A DNA stretch of 64,000 nucleotides from Chrysemys picta bellii (lineage: Eukaryota): the NCBI RefSeq assembly GCF_011386835.1, contig NC_088798.1:108066001-108130000 (forward strand), in the 5' to 3' direction. A program made the translations under genes and the position numbers. Below are positions 24,901-37,040 of this stretch, piece by piece; the first letter of the stretch is position 1, and the number at the start of each line of letters is the position of its first letter. The notes beneath the pieces are model-generated. The model was not told the DNA's origin, ran no database searches, and was given only the letters and a program-made list of their open reading frames with translations.

Positions 24901-25849
24901 CAGATGAGGCTGTGAGGGGGCAGCAGCCATGACGGGATGTGGTGGGGGGGGCAGATGAGGCTGTGAGGGGGCAGCAGCCATGACGGGATGGATGGGGGGG
25001 GCAGCAGATGAGGCTGTGAAGGGGAACCAGCCATGACGGGATGGATGGGGGGGGGCAGCAGATGAGGCTGTGAGGGGGCAGCAGCCATGACGGGATATAG
25101 CGGTGGGGGGAGCAGCTAAGACGGGATGGGGTGGGAGGGGCAGCAGATGAGGCTGTGAGGGGGCAGCAGCCACGACGGGATGGATGGGGGGGGGGCAGAT
25201 GAGGCTATGAGGGGGCAGCAGCCACGACAGGATAGGGTGGGGGTGGGGGCAGATGAGGCTGTGAGGGGGCAGCAGCCACGACGGGATAGGGTGGGGGTGG
25301 GGGCAGATGAGGCTGTGAGGGGGCAGCAGCCACGACGGGATAGGGTGGGGGTGGGGGCAGATGAGGCTGTGAGGGGGCAGCAGCCACGACGGGATAGGGT
25401 GGGGGTGGGGGCAGATGAGGCTGTGAGGGGGCAGCAGCCACGACGGGATAGGGTGGGGGTGGGGGTAGATGAGGCTGTGAGGGGGCAGCAGCCACGACGG
25501 GATGGATGGGAGGGGGGCAGATGAGGCTGTGAGGGGGCAGTAGCCATGACGGGATGGATGGGGGGGGCAGCAGATGAGGCTGTGAAGGGGAACCAGCCAT
25601 GACGGGATGTGGTGGGGGGGGCAGATGAGGCTGTGAGGGGGCAGCAGCCATGACGGGATGGGGTGGGGGGGGGCAGATGAGGCTGTGAGGGGGCAGCAGC
25701 CATGACGGGATGGGGTGGGGGGGGCAGATGAGGCTGTGAGGGGGCAGTAGCCATGACGGGATGGATGGGGGGGGGGGGCAGCAGATGAGGCTGTGAAGGG
25801 GCACCAGCCATGACGGGATATAGCGGTGGGGGGAGCAGCTAAGACGGGA
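21916..25849. repeat. G-rich minisatellite (VNTR), ~50-56-bp unit, roughly 70-75 copies
   Basis: Unit GCAGATGAGGCTGTGAGGGGGCAGCAGCCA(C/T)GACGGGATGGATG(G)n is repeated head-to-tail with variable G-runs and variant spacers such as GATAGGGTGGGGGTGGGG. Confidence 0.98.
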
Positions 25850-26088
25850 CATACGGGGATAGTGAGGTAGAAGAGGGAGTCACGAGGTATGGGGTCAGAA
25901 GCCATAACGGGGGAGTCAGCTGAAGGGGGCGTGAGGGCAGCACGAGGAGACAGCTTGGCGGGGGGGAGGCGGGGCGCCCGCCAGCTCAACAGGGGGCGGG
26001 GCAGCGGCCATGTTGGAGGGCAGGAAGGGCCTAGTGGGGGGTGAGCGCGCGGCCGCAGGCCCGGACCCCGACACCCCATAATACTCAC

Positions 26089-26129
26089 GCCTTGTCCACC
26101 AGCTCCCGGACTTTCCACATATTGAGCAT
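26089..26129 (-). CDS. CLINT1: Clathrin interactor 1 (epsinR), first coding exon (41 bp, ends in phase 2)
   Basis: The minus strand reads gccgccATG CTC AAT ATG TGG AAA GTC CGG GAG CTG GTG GAC AAG GC|gtgagt = MLNMWKVRELVDKA, the N-terminus of vertebrate CLINT1. It has a strong Kozak context, a canonical donor and sits in a CpG island. Exon 2 (TNVVMNYSE...DDPWGP) was not found in 1-26088. Confidence 0.95.
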
Positions 26130-26403
26130 GGCGGCGGTGGCGCAGAGCGCTCCCCGGCCTAGGTCCCCTCCTTCTCCTCCGCCGCCCGGAGCCCCGCTCG
26201 CCGCTCCCCGGGCCCCCGCCGCCGAGGCACCGCCAGGCCAGACCCGCCTCGGCTCGCCGCCTCCTCACCCCGCAGCTCAACGGCACCTACGGACGCGGCG
26301 CGGCCCAGCCTCCGGAAGCCGACGCCACAGGCCCGCAAGGCCTGCTGGGACCTATAGTCCACTCCCAGGCAGGGCGCGGAGACCGCCGCTCTCGGCCTTA
26401 GCC

Positions 26404-26550
26404 CTCGCAAAGCATGCTGGGGGAGGTATGCCGCTTTGCCCCGCGACGCTTGCTGGGAGTTGTAGTCCTCTTGAGGTAATCGGAAGAACTTCGGGAGTTC
26501 CTCGCAAGGTATTCTGGGAAGGGTAGCCTGTCTTCTTGGGAGATGTAGTT
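26404..26550 (-). promoter_or_regulatory. Cluster of four ZNF143 (SBS)/ACTACAnnTCCCA-type motifs
   Basis: Minus-strand motifs: tacctcccccagcatgctttgcgag (26404-26428), actacaactcccagcaagcgtcgcgg (26441-26466), gctacccttcccagaataccttgcgag (26501-26527) and aactacatctcccaa (26536-26550). All have the same orientation and lie 270-420 bp upstream of the ATG. Confidence 0.8.
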
Positions 26551-27879
26551 TCCCTCAGAGGGCAGGCGCTGGGGTGTCTGCAGCGTCGGGGCCCCCTCAG
26601 AGCACCCCGCTCTCCCCAACGGCCCCGGAGTCCCCAGGCCGGGGTGTCCCGTCTCCCTCCCCACGGGGCGAGGCAGGCGCGTGGGTGAGGCTTGGCACAG
26701 TTCGATTTGTAATATGGTTTGGGAAATAATGTTCACAGGTAATATCGAGGTGTTTTTCAACGTTTTTAAAAAATAGTTGTATCTATACATTTTTTCACAG
26801 TTGTGGGAAATTAACGGGGGGGGGGGGGTAATCTGACAATAATTATTTAATGAAAACTTCACAAAGCCCCAAAACTGTTATGAGCCAAATCAGCTGGGAG
26901 GAAGAATTTAATCAGAAAATAAAATGTGATTGATACGGAGATGCTCAGAGAAACACAATCAAAGAAGAAGATCGTGCTGGTTAAAAAACAACAACAACAA
27001 CAACCAACAACCTGGTGTAGAGGGGAAAGGAAAGCAGCTATACAAATTATATCTATATTTTTCAGTTGGAAGGGTGGGTAAAGATGACAAGAGTCAAGCC
27101 CCATTGTTCTAGGTGCTCAACACACATAAATTAACATTGTCCCTGCCCCAAGAGTGCTTGCAATCTAAGTCAAGTTGCAACAAGTGATTGTAAATCTGGG
27201 GTAGAGATGATAAGATCATGAGGTTCCATAGGCTGATGATGTGCACTACTTGATGGCTCATTTAACGGCACAACAGGTTTTTAGGGCAGGAAGGAAAACA
27301 AAATACCCTATTTTACTGAATATCCACCAACATTTGAAAGTGAATAAATGGGGATTTTGGGGACAAAATAAAATGGAGACACAGCTTTGAATAACAAGGA
27401 AATACAGTGAAGCAGGAGGGCATTTTTGGAGGAATGACACGGGAAAATAAATATCTTCAATATTCTGGTCTGAGTGTTTGCAGTAGGGACAATTGGCTAG
27501 TGTGCAGTTGTTCTAATTAATTACCAGAGCAGTCAAACTTAAAATGTTTATAACAGTCTGAAAGTTTTTTGAAATGCGGAGCACCTGCACCATTCATTTT
27601 CATCATTTGGCATGGTGGGTGCTCAGGATCTTTGAAAATCAAGTTGTAGTTGTATTAAGATAGGAACTGAAAAATACCGAGGAACTCCAAATTAGTAGGC
27701 CCTTTTGAAAATGTTGGGTTACGGTCAGACCACAAACCACTGTTATTCATCAGATGAGCAACCAGGTAGTCTGCCGTCCCGTCTCATGCTCTAGTTACAA
27801 CATGGCCTTTTCTTTTCATCCTACTTATGTGTATTTAATAGATTCTCCTGAAACACCTGCATGGATTAATTTCTTTCAA

Positions 27880-28302
27880 TTTCAGGGGCAGTCGGGGGAC
27901 AGGGAGCAGGGGGCGGTTGGATGGGGCGAAGGTTTGGGGGGGCGGTCAGGGGATGGGAGGGGTTGGATAGGCGTGGGAGTCCCGGTGGGCCTGTCAAAGT
28001 GTGGGGGTGTAGATAGGGGTCGGGGCAGTCATGGGACAGGGAGCGGGGGGGTAGGATAGGGGGTGGGGTCCTGGTTGGGGCGGTTGTCCCAGGAGGGGGC
28101 AGTCAGGGGACAAGAAGCGGGGGTGTGTGTGTGGATGGGTGAGGGGTTCTGAGGGGGGGAAGTCAGGGGGTGGGAAGTGGGAGGGGGCGGATAGGGGGCG
28201 GGGGCCAGGCTGTTTGGGGAGACACAGCCTTCCCTACCCAGCCCTCCCTACAGTTTTGGAACCCCGATGTGGCCCTCAAGCCAAAAAGTTTGCCCACCCC
28301 TG
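27880..28302. mobile_element. Partial hAT-type MITE with G-rich interior
   Basis: Right TIR ccaaaaagtttgcccacccctg is present; the left TIR was not found. Confidence 0.55.
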
Positions 28303-28753
28303 TTTTAGAGCCATGCAAGAAACAACAAGGAGACAGGTCTACGCACAAAACAATTATATAAAAATAACTTCTGATTAAAATATGTTTTTAGCCTCCAGGC
28401 TTATGCATTATATATATATTATGGTATCACATTACCTCTTTTGGCCATTTTTTCCCTACAGAATCCATGTGGAACTAGATAGAAACATTTTCTTTAATAA
28501 TGGTAATTATCTTACTTAGATTAAAAGAAAATGGGAATTCAGAGTTAAGAATAAAATTCTGTATTCATGATTTCTTTTTTGTTTATGATTTATACATCAC
28601 CATGAATATGCCTGCCACTTTACAGATTATTTAATAGCGTCCCTGCCCTCAAGGCATTACTTAGGTATTGAGACATATATGCAAAATAGTCCACTGAATA
28701 CTTGAGCAACATTCGGAAATAGGGACCACTACACAGTTAAGACTAGATTGTGG

Positions 28754-28867
28754 CACCTATATTGGAGACGAGTGCTTCATCATCCTAGAGACACCTATAT
28801 TGGAGACGAGTGCTTCATCATCCTAGAGACACCTATATTGGAGTGCAGTGCTTCATCATCCTAGAGG
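28754..28867. repeat. Three tandem copies of a 38-bp unit
   Basis: Two exact copies of cacctatattggagacgagtgcttcatcatcctagaga, plus a third copy with a few substitutions. Confidence 0.95.
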
Positions 28868-29489
28868 CAACATCAGGAAGCATGAGAAAGGCAGGCGACT
28901 TCCTAGAGTTCTCTAATTGCACTGGGGTGGGGAAAGCCACCTGTCACGCACCTTTAAAGGATGCACCAAACATCTCCTCCCGTGTGTACCTGGCTGGCAT
29001 GTAGATGGGCTGGAGCCATGGTTTCTGTCTACTTGCTATGGCTTTTCTAGTCAGTTGTTCCCATTGGTAACAACTAAACATCAGCCCCTCAACTGTCCTG
29101 AGCCCAAGGGCTGCTTGTCTGGCTGGCCTTTACTCTCTCCCCTGACAAAAAGAACAGGTGGCTGGGTAGGGGAATCATAATATAATTTCCAAAGGACTTG
29201 TGAATGTTTAAACGGCTTCATTAAAAGGTCAATGACATGTCATGGCACATTTTTAGAAAGATTCCATTTAGATACAAATCTCCTCATACAGCAGGTTTTC
29301 TGTAATTCTCTTCTCTCTTCATTATTAAACATAATGTATTCCTGAGACACATGAGCAACTTCTCCTCCCAGGTGGTTGAGATCATCTGGGTTAACCTAGC
29401 TTCTCTGCTCCTAGGTTCCTTCTTTATCTGGGTGTGTAAGGTGAGAACAAAGGAGGTGCAAAGCAGACGGTGGCGGTCATAGCAGTGGG

Positions 29490-29870
29490 CAGGGTAGAGG
29501 ATTTTCCTGGCTGCATTTTATATTAGATGAGTGAGACAAGAAGCACGGAGATTGAAAAGGAGGAGGTTGCAGTAATCAAGGTGAGAAGTGATCAGAGCTT
29601 GCACCAGGAGCTTAGCACTGAGAATGGGCAGATGCTGGAGCTGTAGAGGAATAATTGGCAAGATTCAGCAATAGCAGCAATGTGAGGAGGAGGAAAGAAG
29701 ATTTAAATGATACATAGGTTGTGAATCTGTGGAACAGGAAGGGGAGAGGAATCGCTGACAGTAATGGAGAAGCAGTAAAGGAGAGGGGTTTGGGAGCTAA
29801 AATGGGGCATTGAGTTGTTGCCACATTGAGTTTGTAGCAGGACATCCAGATTGACATTTCAGAAAGGGGT
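29490..29870 (-). mobile_element. Old L2 LINE fragment
   Basis: Purine-rich plus-strand text ggctgcatttt...gaggttgcagtaatcaaggtgagaagtgat resembles the antisense of the L2 ORF2 3' region. Confidence 0.55.
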
Positions 29871-30754
29871 CAGAAGAGCAAGACCGAAAGGAAAGGGAAT
29901 GGCAGGGTGAAGCACATGCACATTTGGAGCTAGTACAAGTTCATCTGCGTATGGTACATGCAGAAGCCTGGTCTCCACTACTCACAAAACAGCAAATCAA
30001 TTAAAGGAAACTAAAAAAGGAGGAATCATACTTTAAGGCTGCTCCAAGAGAATATTAACTTGCTTAAATTACTTGTCAAGAAAGTGTTGCAAGATTTATC
30101 TTCAGATTTTATTTGTCTGTGCAAGGGTATTGAGCAGTTATCATAACAACTCCCTTGTGATATAATGACAACTATGGGGCCAGGGCAGTGATTCCATATA
30201 TAAGATTGTCAGGAAGTTCCCATTCTAAACTCAGTTTTTCTATCTATCTATCTATCTAATCATATGAAATTTTGGCATGCTGTGTCTTATGCCAGAGGAG
30301 AATTTTTCTTTAGAAAGCTTGAGGTCAATTGGACGTTCTTTTTTCAAGCTATGGTACTGTATTTCATTCAAGAAAATTGCAGAAAATGTAAATGAACATT
30401 TGCCTTACCTTTCCCCCACATACATCTCTGTACGTCAGCCTTTTATTTTAATTGTCCCCACAAAGCAAACCAGATAGCACATGAAAAATCTGTTGCAACC
30501 TAGTGCTCAAGTAATGACTTGTAAGCCTTTAAAACTTAGTTGTTCTTGAATGAATCTATGAACATAAATGGGTGTGGTGGCAACAATGGGATGATATGGT
30601 TATACCTGTATTCAGCTTTTCCACTTTCTGAAGTCTATCTCTGTATCTGTCTGTCTGTCCAACTGTCTAGGTGCTTATATGTCCTCCATCATCATGGCAT
30701 CTAAGTGAATATGGCAATACAATTTTATGCAACATCCAGTTCAGTATCCCAAAT

Positions 30755-31200
30755 GGGCCCTGATGGCTTAAGATTGGTGATAGGATGCAGACTATCCAGA
30801 CTGCTGGTTCAAATCTAGGCTGGTTTAGAAATGACCAAAGGTTTTTTAACTCCTAAAGCAGGACCAAGATCTGTGCATTTGTAGCCACAGTGTCTGGAAT
30901 GGTCCTTAACACAGCTTGTTTTTGGCAATACTTGCAGTTAAGCTGTACTCAGCACCAATTCAGCTGCACCCATTGCAGATACCCATTGTCAGGTACTTAT
31001 CCTAGCATTGTCAACGACGTCTTGTAGCAGTGAGTTCCGCAGGTTAAGTATGTGCTGTAACGCACAAGTGGCAAGCTGGGTGTGGAAGCTTGCTGTGTGA
31101 TACCTGTGCTTGCTCTGTGCTACCATGTTCTGTGGATAAACAGAGGACTTTGGTTTCCGGGAGGATGAGTACAACAGTTTTCATTAGCACTACATAAAGA
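30755..31200 (+). mobile_element. LF-SINE-like element, apparently full length
   Basis: tRNA-like head gg..ctgatggct..gattggtgataggat...GGTTCAAATC (B box 30806-30815)...tgacc.aaag, and 3' block ggaagcttgc...GTTCTGTGGATAAAcAGAGGACTT...tttca.tagcacta with an A-rich tail. Both match the LF-SINE consensus as I remember it, and the length (~450 bp) fits. Confidence 0.72.
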
Positions 31201-34200
31201 AGAAATAATATAAACTATCACCACACACTTCAGAGAGAGATGGTGAATAGAGGGGGAAGTTTCAGACACAGGCAGAAGGGGATAACAATGAATACCAGAA
31301 CTCGGGCAATCTAGCATCTCCAGGATGTAGGGAGATTAGCACTTTTGCTAATCTCACCCGTATTAGCACATACCACAGGCTTGTTCAAGTCAGTGGAGGA
31401 TTTAAAAGTAAGAAAATGTTAGGGGTAATGTTCAGGAAAATGTAGTATAACCAGGCAATAGCGACTGCACAGCTAACGTTGAGACAAGCTTTTTATTTAA
31501 AGTAGGAATGAAATAACTTTTTTAACCCACAAATAACTTGTTTTTAACCCACAGGTGATTTAACGTAGCCTCCAGATTTTACACATGAACTCTTCCGAGC
31601 CCCACTGAATTTTCTAAAAGACATTTGTTTTAAGAATTAGTCACTTTGGCAGGGGAAGCATTGAAATAATGCTCCCTGTTTGAAATTTGATGTGTCCCCC
31701 TTTTTTTCTAGATCCCTCTAAACAACCACAGACCCTGTAAACCCTGAACTTCTCTCTCTCTCATGCACACACACACACGCACACATAAGTTAATCATGTG
31801 CACTGCAGCACGAGCTGCAGATTCTCCAGGTAACGTTTTAGAGGCTATCTCCCCAATCCGCCATAACATTTTCTGTCTCCACCAAATGGAGGTGACAGCT
31901 CTCCAGCTACTGCCTATTTCCAGCACTACTTGTCAGCCTCCTTGACTCACCAGCTGGGCTCTGCACTGTGGAGACAGAGACAGAGAGGTGATGTTCACAG
32001 CGGTCTGCAGGGTAGCGGAACAGGCAGTTATGGGGGATATAGGGAGTGAATGCTCCATTTAGAAGGAGCAGAGAGGGGTGAATGGGTAGAGGAGAGATCT
32101 AGGGGAGATCAATGCCACCATATCCATATCCCCCTCCAATATCGTCCTTTCCCCGTAATACCCCCTGGACCAGGGGAAAATGCTTTCCTTTACCTCTAGC
32201 ACTTCCAGTCTGAGGAACTGTCTGTGGTTCATCTTCATAGGACATTCTTGTTGGCAAACCCCAAGTGGCTCGAAGTGTTCTTAGAAGTAGAAATGGTAGC
32301 TCTGACCCTTAGACTGCTGTAGGGACTATGCCCCACCTGCCCCCTTGTTGTGTTGGCAGGAGACTGGAAACGTGTGTGAGTGCTGGAGGAAAGGATCAGG
32401 GTGGGCAGGATAACATCTCAGGAGTGGGGCTAGCAGCCCTGCTGCTCAGACAACTTCCCCTGCTGCCAAAACACCTGTAGTTTGTTCATGAAAGTCCCCA
32501 CCGGGAGGAAATATTGACCATTAACCTTATTCTGCATGCAGTCTTAGCTCTGTTTTCTTTCCTCACGTCAGCAATCACCTGTGTGCTCAGGGCTTGCAGT
32601 TAAGAAGAAGAAGCTGTGGAAGTGCTGGGGTTGCCAGCTAATGGCAGATGCTGAATGTTTTGAGTTTTTCCTACAAGCAGGTGAAAGGAAACTTTGTGCA
32701 CTACTCTGCTACTTTCCTTAAGGCTTTCAGGCCAGATTTGCACAGGTAAGTGCTTACGTTGCACCTGTAAAACATTACACGTGGGGAAAACAGCTAGTGG
32801 TATGTGTCACCGCTACCTATTTTGTGCCCACAAATACCAGTTTGTCCCGGGCTGTGTATGCTGCATGGAATAAATGTAGGTGCCTGTTTCTGAAAATGTG
32901 GTCTTTAATATATAATTCAGAACAGCCATATGTGAGTGTATTCGTTCTTTATGTCCGCAACTCACCTGCAGATCCTTTACTCTCTCTCACACATCCTTGG
33001 CTCTGATATATTCTGATGATCTAGAGGCTGGATGCTTGTTGGGACTGTTGCTGCAATTCAGCACTTGCTGAAAGTTCTTACATGCATTGCTGTCTCTCCA
33101 CAGCAGCTCTTCCTGGTGTTTAACTATTCAGTCCATGAAGGAGGAGAAACAAGGAAGAGGCTGCTGCCTGCTTTTTGTAACCTTTAGCAGTCAGACAGGT
33201 TTTTCCTGGTTATCAGTCAACTCTTGGAGTTCTTCTACTCCAGTGACACTGGCCTGAGATGAAGAACTAGTAGCAGCAACATGTTACAACACAGGGTTGA
33301 AACAGAAGCACATACCAGACTTTTGAGGCTGGGATTCTTAGGATTGGCTGTGGGCGTAAATGTTCCCATTTGCTATTATGTCTTTATGTGTTTAGTCTGC
33401 ATCAGTGAACTTTGTTCCCAACTCCAAACCAGAAAAGTCTCTCCCCTCTCTGCTTTCAAGAATATCGCAAAGCAAACTATGACCCAGATTCTCTGCTATG
33501 TCCAGCCACAGCATGAGGGGAGAGAAGGCTGCAAGGTAGCCTGCTGTGTTTCTGTGATTCTCAAGCCCACTCTACTTTGGCTCTTGCACTGCTTAGAGCA
33601 GTTTAGGGGTTGCTCTAAATGCAGCAATGGGCAAGGCCATGATGGAGCTGAGGATATTGGGAATACAGAGGGCTCCAGCAACACTCCCTCCTTGTCCCCA
33701 GTATGCTGCCTACACCAAAGGCTAAAGGGGGTGGTGTAGCAATCGGAACCAGCTATGATGGATATACAACCTCACAATTTGGGAATCCCCAGCCAGAGAG
33801 GTACAGCCAGTTTGCAACCAGAGAATCTGTCCCTCTCCAAGGTGGAGGCTCTGAGGGAAGAAATACTTAAAAGGTCTGTTCAGATTTAGTTTTGATCTTC
33901 CCTCCATGGGCTTCAGTTAGATCATGGTTAAAATAAATCTCCAAAAAGGAAAAGGGCAGGGGAAAGTGCTGCTGTTTTATCTAACTCTAATAAATAAAAT
34001 ATTTTGCTGAGTTTCTCTTCTCTCCCTGACAAGTCTCTGTCAGGTCATCAAATATATCTCCAAGAAAGCCACCCTGCTACCCTCAGTGGTGTGTTTTTAT
34101 TCACTTGTTCACCCTTCAGCATGAGCTTAATGCAAACCTTCAAACTCACAGTGAAGAGGGAGTCCACAGGGAAAATGTTAGTAACCCTTGAAGCTTAATC

Positions 34201-36977
34201 TGCCAAGCTTCATGGTGCTTGCCCACTAGTGTTCTCCAGCTGGAGACCTGTTTGCTGCAGATATACTTTGGAAGATTGGGGCGAAGAAAGGTATAAATGC
34301 TGCCACCCTGAATAACAGGGTCTGTTATTGGAAAGGGGAAAAATGAAAGAGAGGAGCATCAAGGTAAGAGGTCTGGAGAGGCAGGGATTGTCAAAAAGCC
34401 TTTCCCATCAAGCAGGCTTCAGAGAACCATAACAGACGGATTTTCAGTAACAGTCAACTATAAGAGTGTCGGAAGTTGACATGCTGTCCCTAGGAGAGCC
34501 GAGGTATTGACAAAAGACATGCAAACTTGAAAAACATACATTGGTGGAAATATCCATCATGACAAGTGACTGCACTTAAGTCACCAAATGCACCTCACCC
34601 CTGGGACAGAACTCACTTATAGTTGCACATCCAATGAAACCATCCATGGATAAAGCGAATGGCCAATAAAAGGGAAGCAATGGGTAATCAGATCTTTCAA
34701 AAACTATTTAGCTTTTCGGCAGTGAGTACTTGCTATAATTGACGTGTGCTTCCCTGCAAAACTGCTGGGCTCCTCAACCCCACCGTCAGAAGTGCTGAGC
34801 AATTCTGAGCCCTTTTGAAGCACAAGCACATCTCTCCAGAGTCACTTAATGAAACATCTCAAACTATTCTGAGTAGAAGTCTGACGTAGCCTTTCAGTCA
34901 TTGTATTAATTGCACATGAAGGATGTCCCTATGTTTTGGGATATTTTTATGGTACTAGCAGCAGGAACTATTTAATGCTAAAGGGTGTTAAATGGTTTAG
35001 CACAGAGATGGCCACTTGAGGCCCCACAAAGTAGAAAGTTCTCAAGGTTTGAGTAGTTAGGACAGATTTTCATTTTTAGTCAGAAAGAGTCTGATCGGCA
35101 GCCGCTTCTCTGAGCTTACCTTTCCATTTCAGTATTTCCTAGGGGCCATCATCCTCCACTGAAGATGACATTATCTTTTACACAAACCGTGAGTGTTTTT
35201 GTCACCCGTTTGATTTCAGTCCAAAGAGAGTTAAGATCTTGGATATATCCCTCTTAGATGGTGAACACCTCTCTTGGGTAATTTTTATTTTCTGCCCGGT
35301 GAATGAAAGCCAGACCCACCAACGACACTCAGCTATTTGCTTTAGGATGCACCTGCATATGTACTTGTTTTGCAACAAAAATATCTCTGAAACTGAAATG
35401 ATTTGTAGGCAAACTACAACTCTAGCATGCTAAAAGTAGTCAACAAGAGCTGGTAGATACTTTCTGTAGTGTGGAAACTAGGGGGAAGTGTAATCAGAAA
35501 TAATCACAATGGGCCAAATCTGAGGTCCTTACTCATTTTTATCAAGTACATCTATCTATCTACATCATCATCTTCTATTTACATAACCATCAAATCTTAG
35601 GCAAACTTCCAAGACTTTTGCTCTCTCTCTCAAGGCTTTTGCTTGAATAAGTGATGGAGAAAACCTGAGTCTTCAGGATTTAGTCCAGCCTGCTTTCCTT
35701 CTCCATTTGGAGTCCATTCTCTCTCCTACCGTGTTAATATTTACTGTGTGATCACAGGCAGCAGAAGTGGCATGCCATTGTCGCTGTCCGTTGCTTCACA
35801 TGCTTACTATCAAAAAACGGATGGGGGAATCTCTGTGCCACTCCCTGTCCACAGCTGTGGACAGCCGTTGTGTATCTGATTTTTTGTTGCGATTTGGAAT
35901 GAAAATATTTTCTAAAATGTGAATTTTTCTCTGAAACAGAAATTCCGGTTTCCACACCACTGTAAAATATATAGAATTATGGTTGTCTGTCTTAGGTAGA
36001 TTATTGCTGAAAAATTTAAACTGGTTGGTTGACAGTCAAGAAGTACAGAGCATTCCACACACAAATGGGCAGTGTGGGAGGAGGTTCAAAGATGAGAAGC
36101 AAAAAGGACGTGCTTAGGAGAGAGCCTCAGGTGGGACAAAGGGAGTGAGAGGGGAAGTAGAAGGAAGGGAGAGCAAAGTGCTGGGTTCATTGAAAAACCA
36201 AGGACATGTTCCTTTTGTGGTGGTGGGTTGATTAGCACCAAGCTATGCAGGAGAGGGCTTAGCCAGCTCACAGACAGGCTGCACTGTCACGGCTATGGAA
36301 ATGCCAAACACAAAACATGTTGAGAATCGTTGATTGCTCCTTATGACAACGCAGACAGGAAGGCCCACAAGCAGCGGGAGGTGGATTGTTCTGATGCAGT
36401 TTTATCTCCATTTCAATCTGCGTGGTTGCAAGATAGCTTTTGGACTTTGTAACTCTCCTTGGACAGTTAAGCACTCGTTTGTATCTGTTTTTAAAAAAAA
36501 AAAAAAAAGATATTACTGCTTCTATAACAGCCTTGGAAGCCTTCCTGCACATCCTTGCAATGCAAACTTTACATGATCTCAGACGGCCACATTATTGGGA
36601 TAATGACAAATTTAGCTTTATGAAAGCAAATAGTGGGTGAAGGGATGGTATTCGCAAAAGTCACCCTTTGTGTGGATACATTTGGCCAGTGCCAAGGGGT
36701 TAAGTCGTGAGTTAGAGTTGAGATGTTGTGCTCAGATCTTTTAAATGCAGACTTCGTCAAATAAATATTGTCATCAACAGAGCATGCCAATTTACGTCAG
36801 TTGAGAATCCTGCCCTAAAAACAGAAGAAAAATGAAACTGAGGGAAGAGAATATTTAATCCTGTACTTTTATTCAGTTTGGTGTTTTGTGTCATTTAAAA
36901 TCTTTTCCATATTTAATAGATCTGTATCTTAGTCAGGGCAGCTGCTTGTTCTGGGAGAAATTCCGTGGCCTGTATCA

Positions 36978-37040
36978 AGAACAAGGAGTACTTGTGGCAC
37001 CTTAGAGACTAACAAATTTATCTGAGCATAAGCTTTTGTG
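36978..37040 (-). mobile_element. Penelope-like terminal fragment truncated inside the hammerhead stem II
   Basis: aacaaggagtacttgtggcaccttagagactaacaaatttatctgagcataagctttt, homologous to the other copies. Confidence 0.75.

Larger units (their letters stand above)
25920..26700. promoter_or_regulatory. CpG island / CLINT1 promoter and 5' UTR
   Basis: Very GC- and CpG-rich non-repeat sequence surrounding the CLINT1 start exon, in an otherwise CpG-depleted window. Confidence 0.9.

Noticed and set aside
1-26088. CLINT1 exon 2 (TNVVMNYSE...DDPWGP)
   Set aside because: A manual scan for the reverse-complement codons found no match; it probably lies left of the window.
21885-26286. Giant minus-strand ORFs (1459, 1067 and 889 aa) and plus-strand GADEAVRGQQP ORFs
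   Set aside because: They are translations of the minisatellite. Its C-rich strand lacks stop triplets in all three frames, and the frames swap with G-run length. The CLINT1 frame itself stops immediately on intron read-through (GCG TGA).
26041-26526. 161-aa plus-strand ORF over the CpG island
   Set aside because: It is a Pro/Ala/Arg-rich antisense ORF expected from GC content, has a non-ATG start and resembles no known domain.
21916-28867. CRISPR-like reading of the minisatellite or the 38-bp triplet
   Set aside because: There are no unique spacers and no cas genes, and the context is a vertebrate genome.
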